From positions 1 through 63,887 of the IMG/VR virus record IMGVR_UViG_3300027659_000033: a DNA stretch of 63,887 nt; one strand, 5' to 3'. Both the position numbers and the translations under genes were made by a program. Below, piece by piece: positions 16,613 through 25,947 of the stretch (position 1 is the first letter of the stretch; each line of letters opens with the position of its first letter). The notes below the pieces were generated by a model. It had not been told where the DNA came from, searched no databases, and saw nothing but the letters and a program-made list of their open reading frames with translations. This DNA comes from a virus (taxonomy: Duplodnaviria; Caudoviricetes).

Positions 16613-18111
16613 GGTAACTGTATTTCGTATAGTTTATAGTTAAAACCTTCGCGGGCATATATTTTAGTACGTTCTATTGCGTGTTGCAACGTGTAATTCT
16701 TTTTCTTTTTCCAACTGAAATTGTCTGATATGTCATAGACTGTTGTTGTTCGACCGTCGTCAGACTTTCGTAGTCCTCGACCAATGCTTTGTAATACGCG
16801 TATTTGGCTTTTCGTTGGCGCAGCGAAAATAATTTGATGTAGATTCTTGATATTAATTCCCACGCTGAACGTTCCCATACTTGCCACAATAATCGCATTG
16901 TTTTGTGTTTCAGTTAATTCTCGTATGTGTTCCCGGTTTGTTGCATTTACTTCGCCTGAGACATAGAATATATGTCTATCAGAGTCGCTATTAATGTTAC
17001 TTATAAGTTCAAATAGTGGCTTGCCATGCTTTTGAACAAGATTAAAAAGAACGAGTGTGTTACCCTTTTGATCGAGCGCAAGGTTTGCTATAAAGTTATT
17101 ACGTCCGTCATGAGTTACGATTGCATCAATCTCAGTTTGGTAGTCGACTTTAGAAACAACTTTCTTAAGTTCATCACTGTGGTTGCATACAATGCACTTA
17201 ATTTTTAAGGCTGCAAGGGTATCATTATCAATAAGTTCCTTTGTAGTAATTACACGATGCGTTGGCCCAAAGTTACCAACAAGTACACGCTCATTACAGA
17301 GACTGCCATCAAGAGTGCCAGTTGTGCCTATTCGATAGGCTGCATTAACGCATGCAGACATAATCGTATTTAAACTTTTTGCCTTAAAGAGGTGCGCTTC
17401 GTCGCCAATCACCATACCATAGCTTTGGAACCAAGATTTTTGAAGCGTAATTGCACTTTGCCATGTAGTAACAATTACTCTTGAATCTATGCTATGTTTT
17501 TCTTTGCCTGAATAAATCTTATGCACTTCGGACTCGACATCAAATGCGGGGTCTTTTTCAGAATAGTCAGCAAAGTCTTTTGTCATTTGTTCAACCAGTG
17601 ACGTGGTAGGAACTATAATTAATATTTTTTGGTCATGGTGTTCTAAAAACCAACGAACACACAGGTAAATAATTAAACTTTTTCCAGACCCAGTAGGAGA
17701 TATAATTAGCCCACGTCCTTCAGCGCAAGCATGAGTGTATGCACTATATTGATAGTCTCGTGGAGTTATTTGTGTGCCACCACTTGTTATATGTAAACTA
17801 TTTGCATACTCTAGCAAGGCCTCAGTATCTGGCACATCACGTTCTGTTATGTTGGGATGCAATTCATAACTATAGTTGTGTGACTCAGCAAATTTTAATA
17901 CCTCAAACAACAATCCATATGGCAGTCGTCCTGTACGAGAATCATAGAGACGTACTTTTCCGTCCCACATTTTATTCCGAAAACTGGGCATAAACTTGTA
18001 ACCCTCGGCAAAAAATGTAAAATGCTCTGATAGCTCACAGAGAATACCAGAGTCATTTGAGACTATTCTCACTGACGTCTCATCAATCTTGCTTATTCCT
18101 ATATTTTTCAT
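16609..18111 (-). CDS. uvsW: SF2 DNA helicase UvsW
   Basis: PRDYQ, SPTGSGKS, DEAH, GTTGT, QSIGRGLR. Confidence 0.96.
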   Translation of the reverse strand: MKNIGISKIDETSVRIVSNDSGILCELSEHFTFFAEGYKFMPSFRNKMWDGKVRLYDSRTGRLPYGLLFEVLKFAESHNYSYELHPNITERDVPDTEALLEYANSLHITSGGTQITPRDYQYSAYTHACAEGRGLIISPTGSGKSLIIYLCVRWFLEHHDQKILIIVPTTSLVEQMTKDFADYSEKDPAFDVESEVHKIYSGKEKHSIDSRVIVTTWQSAITLQKSWFQSYGMVIGDEAHLFKAKSLNTIMSACVNAAYRIGTTGTLDGSLCNERVLVGNFGPTHRVITTKELIDNDTLAALKIKCIVCNHSDELKKVVSKVDYQTEIDAIVTHDGRNNFIANLALDQKGNTLVLFNLVQKHGKPLFELISNINSDSDRHIFYVSGEVNATNREHIRELTETQNNAIIVASMGTFSVGINIKNLHQIIFAAPTKSQIRVLQSIGRGLRKSDDGRTTTVYDISDNFSWKKKKNYTLQHAIERTKIYAREGFNYKLYEIQLP

Positions 18112-18560
18112 TAAGATCCAGATACAAACCGTCTGTGGTCTATAATATTTTTAATTGTGGTATGTCTCCATTTAATATTATCCATAATATCTTTAAGAGC
18201 CTCTACAATTGTACACTGATATTCAATTTGCCCCTGTAACTTCATAGTATCAGTGTCGGTACTATAGAATAATTCCATATCACTCTTAAGTGGCTTTGCC
18301 ATTCCAGAGAAGGGATCATACGGCCAACCACGTGCATCCATTTCTTCCTTAGACATCTTACCATTATAATACAGCCACTTATCTTTACGTAAGTGAGCCA
18401 TATTAAGCTCTTTTTTCTTAAGGTTTAATTTTGCGATACTATAGAGTTCTAAATATTTAGAATGCAGTCTTGCACCCTTTATGCTAGTTTCATCTAGATT
18501 AACATCATCAATAACGCTGTCAGTTTCCCATAATTTAAGTATATCTTCAAGTTGCATCAT
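18111..18560 (-). CDS. uvsY: Recombination mediator UvsY
   Basis: WETDSVID, LHSKYL, WLYYNGK, IKNIIDHRRF. Confidence 0.92.
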   Translation of the reverse strand: MMQLEDILKLWETDSVIDDVNLDETSIKGARLHSKYLELYSIAKLNLKKKELNMAHLRKDKWLYYNGKMSKEEMDARGWPYDPFSGMAKPLKSDMELFYSTDTDTMKLQGQIEYQCTIVEALKDIMDNIKWRHTTIKNIIDHRRFVSGS

Positions 18561-18572
18561 ATATATTATATA

Positions 18573-19028
18573 TCATTCTATAAATTCAAAATAATCATAC
18601 CGAAAAGTAATGTCTAAAAAGGCATATTCAGATTCGGTTTGCTGAACATTAAATTCTAACCCTCCTATCGTAGTAGGAAAAGCATTTGCAAACCGAATAC
18701 TACGAGATATATTGTTATGATTTGTTAAAAAATGTAATGTTATATCATGGACTGTTAAGTCTCTATTTGTGGTGTTTGAATGCATCCAGTTAAAAATTTC
18801 ACGATACGACTCTAATTTTTCATCTATAGCAATTCGCATAGTTACAGGGTCATAGGCTAATTTATCGCCTGCCACAAATCCTTGATTATTTCGATACCCA
18901 GTGGTCACTTCTGGCAAAGACACACTAGGAAAACTTGCACTTACCGCAAAATATTGAACATGTTTAAAGTCCTCTGAGTTTATGAATAGTTTAAACCCAG
19001 TCAATGCTAATAAATTTGAATCTATCAT
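18573..19028 (-). CDS. gp3: Tail tube terminator / tail completion protein
   Basis: GFKL..VQYF..FPSVSL, IDEKLESYREIFNW, FANAFPTTIGGLEF, FRYDYFEF. Confidence 0.85.
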   Translation of the reverse strand: MIDSNLLALTGFKLFINSEDFKHVQYFAVSASFPSVSLPEVTTGYRNNQGFVAGDKLAYDPVTMRIAIDEKLESYREIFNWMHSNTTNRDLTVHDITLHFLTNHNNISRSIRFANAFPTTIGGLEFNVQQTESEYAFLDITFRYDYFEFIE

Positions 19029-19042
19029 ACTGTTATTTATGC

Positions 19043-19073
19043 AAAAAAGAGGCTACCCTTTCGGATAGCCTCT
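19043..19073 (-). terminator. Rho-independent terminator after gp23
   Basis: AGAGGCTATCC-GAAA-GGGTAGCCTCT-TTTTT on the minus strand. Confidence 0.85.
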
Positions 19074-19103
19074 AGTTTTAAGGGTTTAACCTACTACAAT
19101 AGC

Positions 19104-20354
19104 TTATGCTAAGTTGCTGTAGGAAGTACCACCGATACCAGTTACAGTGAATGTACGGAAGTATGGGTTTTCACCGTTGGTACCAACACCGCCACCATTG
19201 TCTGTGCCTGCACCACCAGCAAATGGGTTAGCAACGAGACCATAGCGGGTCTTGAAGCCAATCTTTGGTTGGAAGGTATTTGCATCAACTGCACGAACCA
19301 TTGTGAGTGGAACGTATGGGCAATAGAAGAGACCTGCGTCATATGCGTTTGTACCACGATAACCAACAGTTACATAGTCATTAGGTGCAAATGGGTCAAT
19401 AAAGACCTTGAGGCGGCCATTGATCACACCAGCAAATACATTACCAGTGTCATCAACATTGAGGTTAGTTGCAAGAGCTGGAGCATAGTCAAGAACACCA
19501 GCTGCAGCAAGTGCACTTGCAACATTGCTGCTGCAAAGTACAAAGTTTCCTTTACCACGACGTGTTTGCTTAGCAACTTCATTCGCTTCGATTTCGATTT
19601 GGAAAAGAAGTGACTTGAACTTTTCAACAGCCCAACGGCCATCAGCGTCTTGATCGAGATCAAAACCACCATCTACGCCACCGACAACTGCTTTTACATT
19701 AACGGTGTCAATAACTTCGCGGTTGATTTCAGCAAGAATTTCAGTGCTAAGGATGTTAGCAAGTTCAGCTTCTGCATCGAGGCCGTGAACAGCCTTAAGG
19801 TCTTGAGCAAGTTCCATCGAGTATTCTGCCTTAAGAGCGCGTGTCTTAGCAGTAACAGTGGTTTTGTCAACAGTAAAGCCCATTTGGCCGAAACCAACTG
19901 TGCCGCTACCACTGGTTAAACCAGTCTTATCACCACTGCCAGTAAGACCTTCGCCAACTGTAGTAGATACTGGACCAGCGAATGCACCATCTGGAGCATT
20001 GAAGAGAGCTTCTCCAGTGCCAGTGCCAACTGCATTTTGATATGTGCTCTTCATTGCGAAGATCAAGCCGGTTGGCATGGTCATTGGCTGAACGCCAGCA
20101 ATGTCATAAGCAACGATGTTTGGCATTGCGCGGCGAACGAGGCTGATAAGAACTGGATCCCAGTTTTGTACAGCTGCTGTGCTATTGCCTTCCGACAGAT
20201 AAGTAGCTTGTGAATTTTCTTCACGAAGCGCTTTTTCTTGGTTTTCGAGGAGAACTGCAGTAATTGACTTACGATAGTTGTCTTTGAACTTAGGGGCGTC
20301 TTGAGCCTCAAGAATTGGGGCCCACTTTTTTTCGAGTTGTTCTGAATTAAACAT
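19104..20354 (-). CDS. gp23: Major capsid protein
   Basis: DPVLISLVRRAMP, KAEYSMELAQDLKAVHGLDAEAELANIL, FQPKIGFKTRYG. Confidence 0.98.
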   Translation of the reverse strand: MFNSEQLEKKWAPILEAQDAPKFKDNYRKSITAVLLENQEKALREENSQATYLSEGNSTAAVQNWDPVLISLVRRAMPNIVAYDIAGVQPMTMPTGLIFAMKSTYQNAVGTGTGEALFNAPDGAFAGPVSTTVGEGLTGSGDKTGLTSGSGTVGFGQMGFTVDKTTVTAKTRALKAEYSMELAQDLKAVHGLDAEAELANILSTEILAEINREVIDTVNVKAVVGGVDGGFDLDQDADGRWAVEKFKSLLFQIEIEANEVAKQTRRGKGNFVLCSSNVASALAAAGVLDYAPALATNLNVDDTGNVFAGVINGRLKVFIDPFAPNDYVTVGYRGTNAYDAGLFYCPYVPLTMVRAVDANTFQPKIGFKTRYGLVANPFAGGAGTDNGGGVGTNGENPYFRTFTVTGIGGTSYSNLA

Positions 20355-20398
20355 AATAGTATTTTTTCTTTTGTTGTTGTTGTTTGGGGTTGGAACCT

Positions 20399-21901
20399 TT
20401 ATCCTTGTGTTGGAACAGTGGCTTCATTTGCCTTGCTCAAACGGGATAATGCGGTCAAATATTTTTGCATTGCAGGCGAAACTGTTTCTTCTGCAATTGT
20501 TTCATTTTCTACAACTGTTTCAGTTGTTATATAGGAAGACTCGTCAGTTGTTTCTTCAACCAATGTTTCGGTTTCATCTAAGATTCCTTTAAGGTAGAAT
20601 TCCTTAATGGTTTCGACTTTTTTACGATATGCACTTTCTGAAGTGTAATTTACATCTTCAACGAGAGACTTAAGTTTTTCAACTTGAGTATCAGCGAGGT
20701 CTGTAGAAGCTTCAGCAACAATCTTCTCGCGAGTGAGTTTTTCAACGCGCTCGGATAACATTGAGATGTTTTCTACAGTGTCTGTAGCTTCTTCTTGAAG
20801 CTTAGCAATGGTACTTTCCATTTCAGCAACTAAATCTTTTTTAGCTTCTGGAACTTCAATATAATTTTCTACAAATACAGCCTTAAGCGATTGAATGAAG
20901 TTTTCAGCAATTTCAGTACGTAAGCCAGACTCAATTGCAACAGCATTTTCAGCTGCCCAACTTTCAACCGCATAGGTTAAATAGTTGTCAATTTTGTCAA
21001 CCAACTCTTCCTTGATTGTTTCTACTTCTTCGATTAATACTGCAGCGTAACTTTCTTTAAGGGTTTCTTCAGTCTCTTTGATTTTGCTTTTAACAGCAGC
21101 TTCAAAGATTGTAGTAGCTTTTTCCTTAAACTCTTCGGTTAAACCTTCTTCAGACTCGACGAGGCGAGAGATGTCAGAGGTGTCGACAGTGATTTCAGTT
21201 GTTGTTTCTTCTTTCATTTCTTTTTCATCTGATTGTTCACCAAGTCCGCTTGTAAGCATACCAATAGCAGAGCCATAGTCACCTTTGGCTTTGTCTAGTA
21301 TACCCTTTGCAGTTTTCATTGCCTTTTCTTCGTCGTACTTATCACCGTGAGCGGCTTGTAGTACTTGTTTTGCATATGTCATAAATTCTTCATCAGAACT
21401 TACTTCAGCTTCAGCGATCTCAGTTTGTTCGTGCAATGGCTTAACGCTGTGCTTCTTGCGAAGTTTAGCAATGTCGGCCTTAGCTTTGTCAGATTCCTTT
21501 GAATCAGCATATTCAGCTTCGTACGTTGTTAATGAAGAAGCTTTCTCCATATCAGCAACAACGTCCTTACCAAACTTATCAGCAACAAACTTTTCAATTG
21601 TGGCCTTAGCAGCTTTTGATTGATTGACGCTTGAACCCGATCCTTGGTCATAATTATAATCATGCTCGGCATGTTTATTCCATAAGTCAGTCAGTGACAT
21701 ACTGTCCATTGAACTTTCTTTCATAGTGTCATCTTCTTCATCAGACTCGTCTTCCATGTCTTCTCCCTCTTTCTTGCACTTAGCTTCAGCGATCTCAGTT
21801 TGTTCCTGATCAAGCTCTAAGTTTTCGTCAAGAGAAAGTAATGTTTCTTCGTTGATGTCTTCAATGACATCTGTTGTGTTTTCAATTGTTGTATTTTCCA
21901 T
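20399..21901 (-). CDS. gp22: Prohead core scaffold, with two inserted modules
   Basis: LTEEFKEKATTIFEAAV, KIDNYLTYAVESW, MQKYLTALSR; lies between gp21 and gp23. Confidence 0.92.
   Translation of the reverse strand: MENTTIENTTDVIEDINEETLLSLDENLELDQEQTEIAEAKCKKEGEDMEDESDEEDDTMKESSMDSMSLTDLWNKHAEHDYNYDQGSGSSVNQSKAAKATIEKFVADKFGKDVVADMEKASSLTTYEAEYADSKESDKAKADIAKLRKKHSVKPLHEQTEIAEAEVSSDEEFMTYAKQVLQAAHGDKYDEEKAMKTAKGILDKAKGDYGSAIGMLTSGLGEQSDEKEMKEETTTEITVDTSDISRLVESEEGLTEEFKEKATTIFEAAVKSKIKETEETLKESYAAVLIEEVETIKEELVDKIDNYLTYAVESWAAENAVAIESGLRTEIAENFIQSLKAVFVENYIEVPEAKKDLVAEMESTIAKLQEEATDTVENISMLSERVEKLTREKIVAEASTDLADTQVEKLKSLVEDVNYTSESAYRKKVETIKEFYLKGILDETETLVEETTDESSYITTETVVENETIAEETVSPAMQKYLTALSRLSKANEATVPTQG
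21407..21805. repeat. Exact 24-bp direct repeat in gp22 (21407-21430 and 21782-21805)
   Basis: agcttcagcgatctcagtttgttc twice, encoding EQTEIAEA. Confidence 0.9.
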
Positions 21902-21923
21902 ATATTACTTTTTTTCTTTAATG

Positions 21924-22568
21924 TTAGAGTTTGGAGAGGAAATCAGACCAAACACGCATTTGTGTTTCTGCTAGTTGCGCAGAAGAGGCTTTTTTGATTT
22001 CTGTCTCATAATTTTCAATTTGTTGCGCCTTTAATAAACCATTATCCCAGATCCATTCAACACCTTCCATGATCCCGTTTACAAAAGCAGACGGAGCACT
22101 TGGGTCTTGAACAATATCAACTGTTGACAACACAAAGTCGTCATTAACAAAGGTTTGGCCATTTTTACTCGCAACGGTTCCCATACCACGACTAGAAACG
22201 CCTAATTGACAACCACCTTCCAAAAGTCCTTTCACAATTTTACCCATTGGTGTGTCAAGTATAAGCGCCTTTCCAACAACATCATTACCGTTCCATTTTA
22301 GTTCGGTAATGCGATGCGAAACTTTATCAAGGTTAATTGTAGGGCCGTCTGGGTGATTAAGTTCACCGACTGCACGTCCCTTATTAACATAGTCAGTAAC
22401 ATATTTGTTTACTGCACTTTCTAAAACTGTTTTAGGGTAAATACGACGATTGCGATTTACCTGCTCGGCCTGCATAAAGATGCCATCGATGATAAATTTC
22501 TTTTCACCATTTTCAGCCGCTTCTGAGATATACTTTAAATCTTCAGAATGTTCTGTTATTAACTTCAT
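21924..22568 (-). CDS. gp21: Prohead protease
   Basis: MKLITE, NRNRRIYP, GELNHP, GVSSRGMG, DPSAPSAFV; TATAAATA at 22574-22581. Confidence 0.97.
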   Translation of the reverse strand: MKLITEHSEDLKYISEAAENGEKKFIIDGIFMQAEQVNRNRRIYPKTVLESAVNKYVTDYVNKGRAVGELNHPDGPTINLDKVSHRITELKWNGNDVVGKALILDTPMGKIVKGLLEGGCQLGVSSRGMGTVASKNGQTFVNDDFVLSTVDIVQDPSAPSAFVNGIMEGVEWIWDNGLLKAQQIENYETEIKKASSAQLAETQMRVWSDFLSKL

Positions 22569-22593
22569 CTAATTATTTATATAAAAGTGAATT

Positions 22594-22761
22594 TCAACCT
22601 TCAGTTTTAACTGGAGGCGTGTAAATACTTGATGTTAATTCAACTTTTTTAACTTCAAGCGTTGTACGTACTTTGTCACGTATCAAAGCATCAAAATTTG
22701 ATGCAGTAGAAGACGTGTCATTAGTTACAATACTATCAATAAATTCCTTTATTTTACTCAT
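22594..22761 (-). CDS. Small prohead core protein, gp67-like (55 aa, not in ORF track)
   Basis: Manual translation MSKIKEFIDSIVTNDTSSTASNFDALIRDKVRTTLEVKKVELTSSIY...; late promoter at 22770-22777; position before gp21. Confidence 0.7.
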   Translation of the reverse strand: MSKIKEFIDSIVTNDTSSTASNFDALIRDKVRTTLEVKKVELTSSIYTPPVKTEG

Positions 22762-22864
22762 GTTTTAATTATTTATATATTTTCGCATCTCAACTTTATA
22801 ATATTTTGTCTTGAACGGTTATAATACACTCTAATAATGATTGCAAAACATAAGTTTGTATAGG

Positions 22865-23191
22865 TTAGGCCCACCAGATGTTGGGTATATTAGGGTCACT
22901 AGTCGGTCGTGGAATATAACTTTCATTGCCATCAGTATCATATGTTGTCTGATTTGATGACCAAACGATAAACACTTCACCACCATCTGGTATCGCTATA
23001 TCGACGAGATCACGAAAAAGCACCCAATATTGACCGTCTCCGTTGTGTTCGCCAATTTCGCAGAGAGCATGTTCGTGACTAGCAAGGTTGGAAACTATAT
23101 TTCCATCTAGATCTTGCTGTGCAAAACCATTGGCGAGCCCAAACTGTTCAGCAATCTGTTTCGATGGAAATTTAAGAATATAATCAGTCAT
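22865..23191 (-). CDS. Cassette A gene 3: small fibre-associated protein (108 aa; start reassigned to MTDYIL)
   Basis: Paralogue of 41730..42056; shared LASHEHALCEIGEHNGDGQYW.LFRDLV. Confidence 0.75.
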   Translation of the reverse strand: MTDYILKFPSKQIAEQFGLANGFAQQDLDGNIVSNLASHEHALCEIGEHNGDGQYWVLFRDLVDIAIPDGGEVFIVWSSNQTTYDTDGNESYIPRPTSDPNIPNIWWA

Positions 23192-23192
23192 A

Positions 23193-24356
23193 TTATACTG
23201 CAAATGGGGCAAATGTGGCGCACATAATACCAAAACTGGAATTTGTTCCAGCTGTACCAAAAGGACCTCTTCCGGTTACGCTAAGATTCATATTGTGTAT
23301 AGTGCCTCCACTGCTTGGAACCGCAATTGTTGCTACAGCAGAATTGCCAATAGTACTTCCAGCGGTACTATAAAACAAAGAAGCGGTACCTGCACCATCT
23401 GAACTTATCAATACATTATAGTTAGTTTGAAATCCGTTTGATGCAGCTGGGAAACCACTTAGCACAGCAGAGTATGTTGGCAACGTAGGTATTGTAGCAG
23501 CAGTAATATTAGTCGTAAAGTCTAAAACTGGCCCTCCACTAGAGTTCGACAATTGAAAAGTATTTCCAGACACATTGATCACAAAATAACACGAGGTTGT
23601 AGCAAGTCCAGCTCCACCAGTCAAGGCGGTGAATCGTATAATATCCCCATTGACAAAATTATGTCCAGTTGCTGTGATTATATCTGTAGCTGCATCTCCA
23701 GTCGCTGAAAATGAAACTCCGCTGTGTGCCCATAATCGGTATCCGTCTGCAGCTAAAAAAAGACCAACACCACGACCGGTTGGCACGCCTCCTGAAAGTG
23801 AGTTTGAAACACCAGCATAGTATGTAACATTACCACTAGCAACAAAACAGCTCGCGCATCGTAGATTAAATGAAAATGGGAAGTTCCAAGTCATTGACCC
23901 ACCAGACGCCGCGCTAATATAACACACACCCATATTGTGTTGAGCCCATGTGGTATGATCATGAGATGAACTAACACCAGTACTAAGAGATAGTATGTCG
24001 TTATTGTCTGTGTATGTCGTACCTGAACGTCCAATGTTTGCAGAGTTTAAACCTCCACGACTTGCGAGTGGACGATAGATGTTAAACCGCTGTATGACAC
24101 TGCTTGAAGACAACAATTCACGCCGTAGCGTGGTACGTGTTAGTGCACTAAATTCTGTAGAAGATACTTGTGAAGGTATGTCTAACTGCCCACTAGCTGT
24201 GCCGCTGAATGCAGGACTGACGAGAGTCTTATTAGACAAGTTTTCTGCTCCTGAACGAGTTGCAGGATCTACGATTCCTAGTGCAGAAAGAATTTGTGTT
24301 TTTTCCTCTGCTGTCGGCGGTGTTCCTGTTGGTAAGTTTCCTAAGTCGATTGGCAT
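23193..24356 (-). CDS. Cassette A gene 2: fibre/adhesin-like protein (387 aa)
   Basis: ENLSNKTLVSP fibre motif; TATGHNFVNGDIIRFT..YFV..NTFQLS beta-domain; paralogue of 42061..43224. Confidence 0.7.
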   Translation of the reverse strand: MPIDLGNLPTGTPPTAEEKTQILSALGIVDPATRSGAENLSNKTLVSPAFSGTASGQLDIPSQVSSTEFSALTRTTLRRELLSSSSVIQRFNIYRPLASRGGLNSANIGRSGTTYTDNNDILSLSTGVSSSHDHTTWAQHNMGVCYISAASGGSMTWNFPFSFNLRCASCFVASGNVTYYAGVSNSLSGGVPTGRGVGLFLAADGYRLWAHSGVSFSATGDAATDIITATGHNFVNGDIIRFTALTGGAGLATTSCYFVINVSGNTFQLSNSSGGPVLDFTTNITAATIPTLPTYSAVLSGFPAASNGFQTNYNVLISSDGAGTASLFYSTAGSTIGNSAVATIAVPSSGGTIHNMNLSVTGRGPFGTAGTNSSFGIMCATFAPFAV

Positions 24357-24366
24357 AGTTTATATA

Positions 24367-25935
24367 TCATGAAGTTTCCAAGAGTCCGACACCATTGTAT
24401 TGAATGGCAACACCATTGTAAGTGATTGGTTCAGATGTGGTTGTTGTAAGGGCTTGTAGTGACGTGTTTGGTAAATTTTTACTGTAATACTTAACTCTGG
24501 TTACAATTCCCAACGAATTTGCTATAAATTCAAGAAGTGTAACAGAATTTAATAGGTTTCCATTGTGGTTAATTGTTGTAATGGTTGATCCATTAAGAGA
24601 TGCACTACAAGTTATCGACTCAACTGAAATAGCAATCTTAAATCTGGTTGAAATTCTTACATTTGTAAAATAAGTTGGAGTTGATGCTCCATCAAATGCA
24701 ACTAAAGCTTCTGTATTATTATTTGCCCCAGGATTATTTCCATATAGCCATCTTCTATTTCCTCCGCTACTCAATATATATTGGTTAATTGATAAACCAC
24801 TAGATAATAATCCTTCAAAAACAAAAGTTCCTCCTCTAGTATTCCATATTCTACTAAATGCTGTTCCGCTAATATTATATATGTCAGTACTTCGAATGAC
24901 ACTGCCAAGTCGATAATTTGGTATATAGCTACTTTCACGACTTAATTCACATTGTGCACCCCAAACAACGATACCACTTGTAGTATCTCCAGCATAGGTA
25001 AACGTTGTTCCAGTTTGACCAACAAATAGATAGAGTCTGTTTGCAGTTGTAGCAGTAAATGTAGCACAACAACGATACCATCCATCTCTATATGGATATA
25101 TGCGAGCGCTCCACCCCGTTGCTGTGCTCGTGACAGATCCGGATCCAGTTAAACTAAATGTGGCGGAAGGAACTGGTGAAGATCCTACATGTATTCCAAA
25201 ACCAGTATATCCTGCAGCCTTTACAAAAGCAGAGACAGTATAGCTTGAACCTGAAACTATCCCAATTGTAGGATCATCAATTCGATGATTATCAAGTGTG
25301 TTTGACGGAATAAATTTTTCAGCAGTGAGTGATCCATCTGGTGCAATGTCAGTATTTGCTACAGGTTGTGATACGAGTCTTACCTGAGTCCAAACAGATG
25401 TATTGTCAAAACTTTCTGACATTTCTACTATGTTTGTTTTACTAATCTCGATCAATGCGCCTAAGCATAAACCAGTAATTGGATCATGATCAACACGAAG
25501 TCCTCGATAGGAGACAGACCAACTCGAAAGCGTTGTAGTTCCAACTTTGCTAGTCACAAGTAGCGTGATCGCTGTGTCGGTCTTGTGGATCAGTGTGCCA
25601 GTAATGTGTCGCTGTGCACCGATTTGGTCGTCACCGTCGGTGTCTTCCATCACAACAACGACTGAGTTGTTGAGCCAACCAACTACGCTGCCAGATGGAA
25701 CCTCAAACACAGCAACACCACCAACTGGAACCCTAGCAGGATTGAGCGATGTAGTGCTTCGCGTCTTTCCAACGATGCGTCCGTTTTGGTTTACAAATGT
25801 GCCTGAGCTTGCACGACTATGAACAGGATTTGGACCTGTTCGACTAACATTAGACTTGTCTGTAGAAAAGGCAATATCAAGCGCCGGTCCATAAGAACGT
25901 CGGTGCTGTTGCATTATAATATTCTTCAGTTCCAT
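24367..25935 (-). CDS. Cassette A gene 1: head-spike/fibre tip protein with a carbohydrate-binding-like domain (522 aa)
   Basis: RASSGTFVNQNG, DHDPITG..LGALIE..TN, GWYRC, WGAQCE..SYIP; paralogue of 43233..44819. Confidence 0.7.
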   Translation of the reverse strand: MELKNIIMQQHRRSYGPALDIAFSTDKSNVSRTGPNPVHSRASSGTFVNQNGRIVGKTRSTTSLNPARVPVGGVAVFEVPSGSVVGWLNNSVVVVMEDTDGDDQIGAQRHITGTLIHKTDTAITLLVTSKVGTTTLSSWSVSYRGLRVDHDPITGLCLGALIEISKTNIVEMSESFDNTSVWTQVRLVSQPVANTDIAPDGSLTAEKFIPSNTLDNHRIDDPTIGIVSGSSYTVSAFVKAAGYTGFGIHVGSSPVPSATFSLTGSGSVTSTATGWSARIYPYRDGWYRCCATFTATTANRLYLFVGQTGTTFTYAGDTTSGIVVWGAQCELSRESSYIPNYRLGSVIRSTDIYNISGTAFSRIWNTRGGTFVFEGLLSSGLSINQYILSSGGNRRWLYGNNPGANNNTEALVAFDGASTPTYFTNVRISTRFKIAISVESITCSASLNGSTITTINHNGNLLNSVTLLEFIANSLGIVTRVKYYSKNLPNTSLQALTTTTSEPITYNGVAIQYNGVGLLETS

Positions 25936-25947
25936 GCTGTAAATTGT

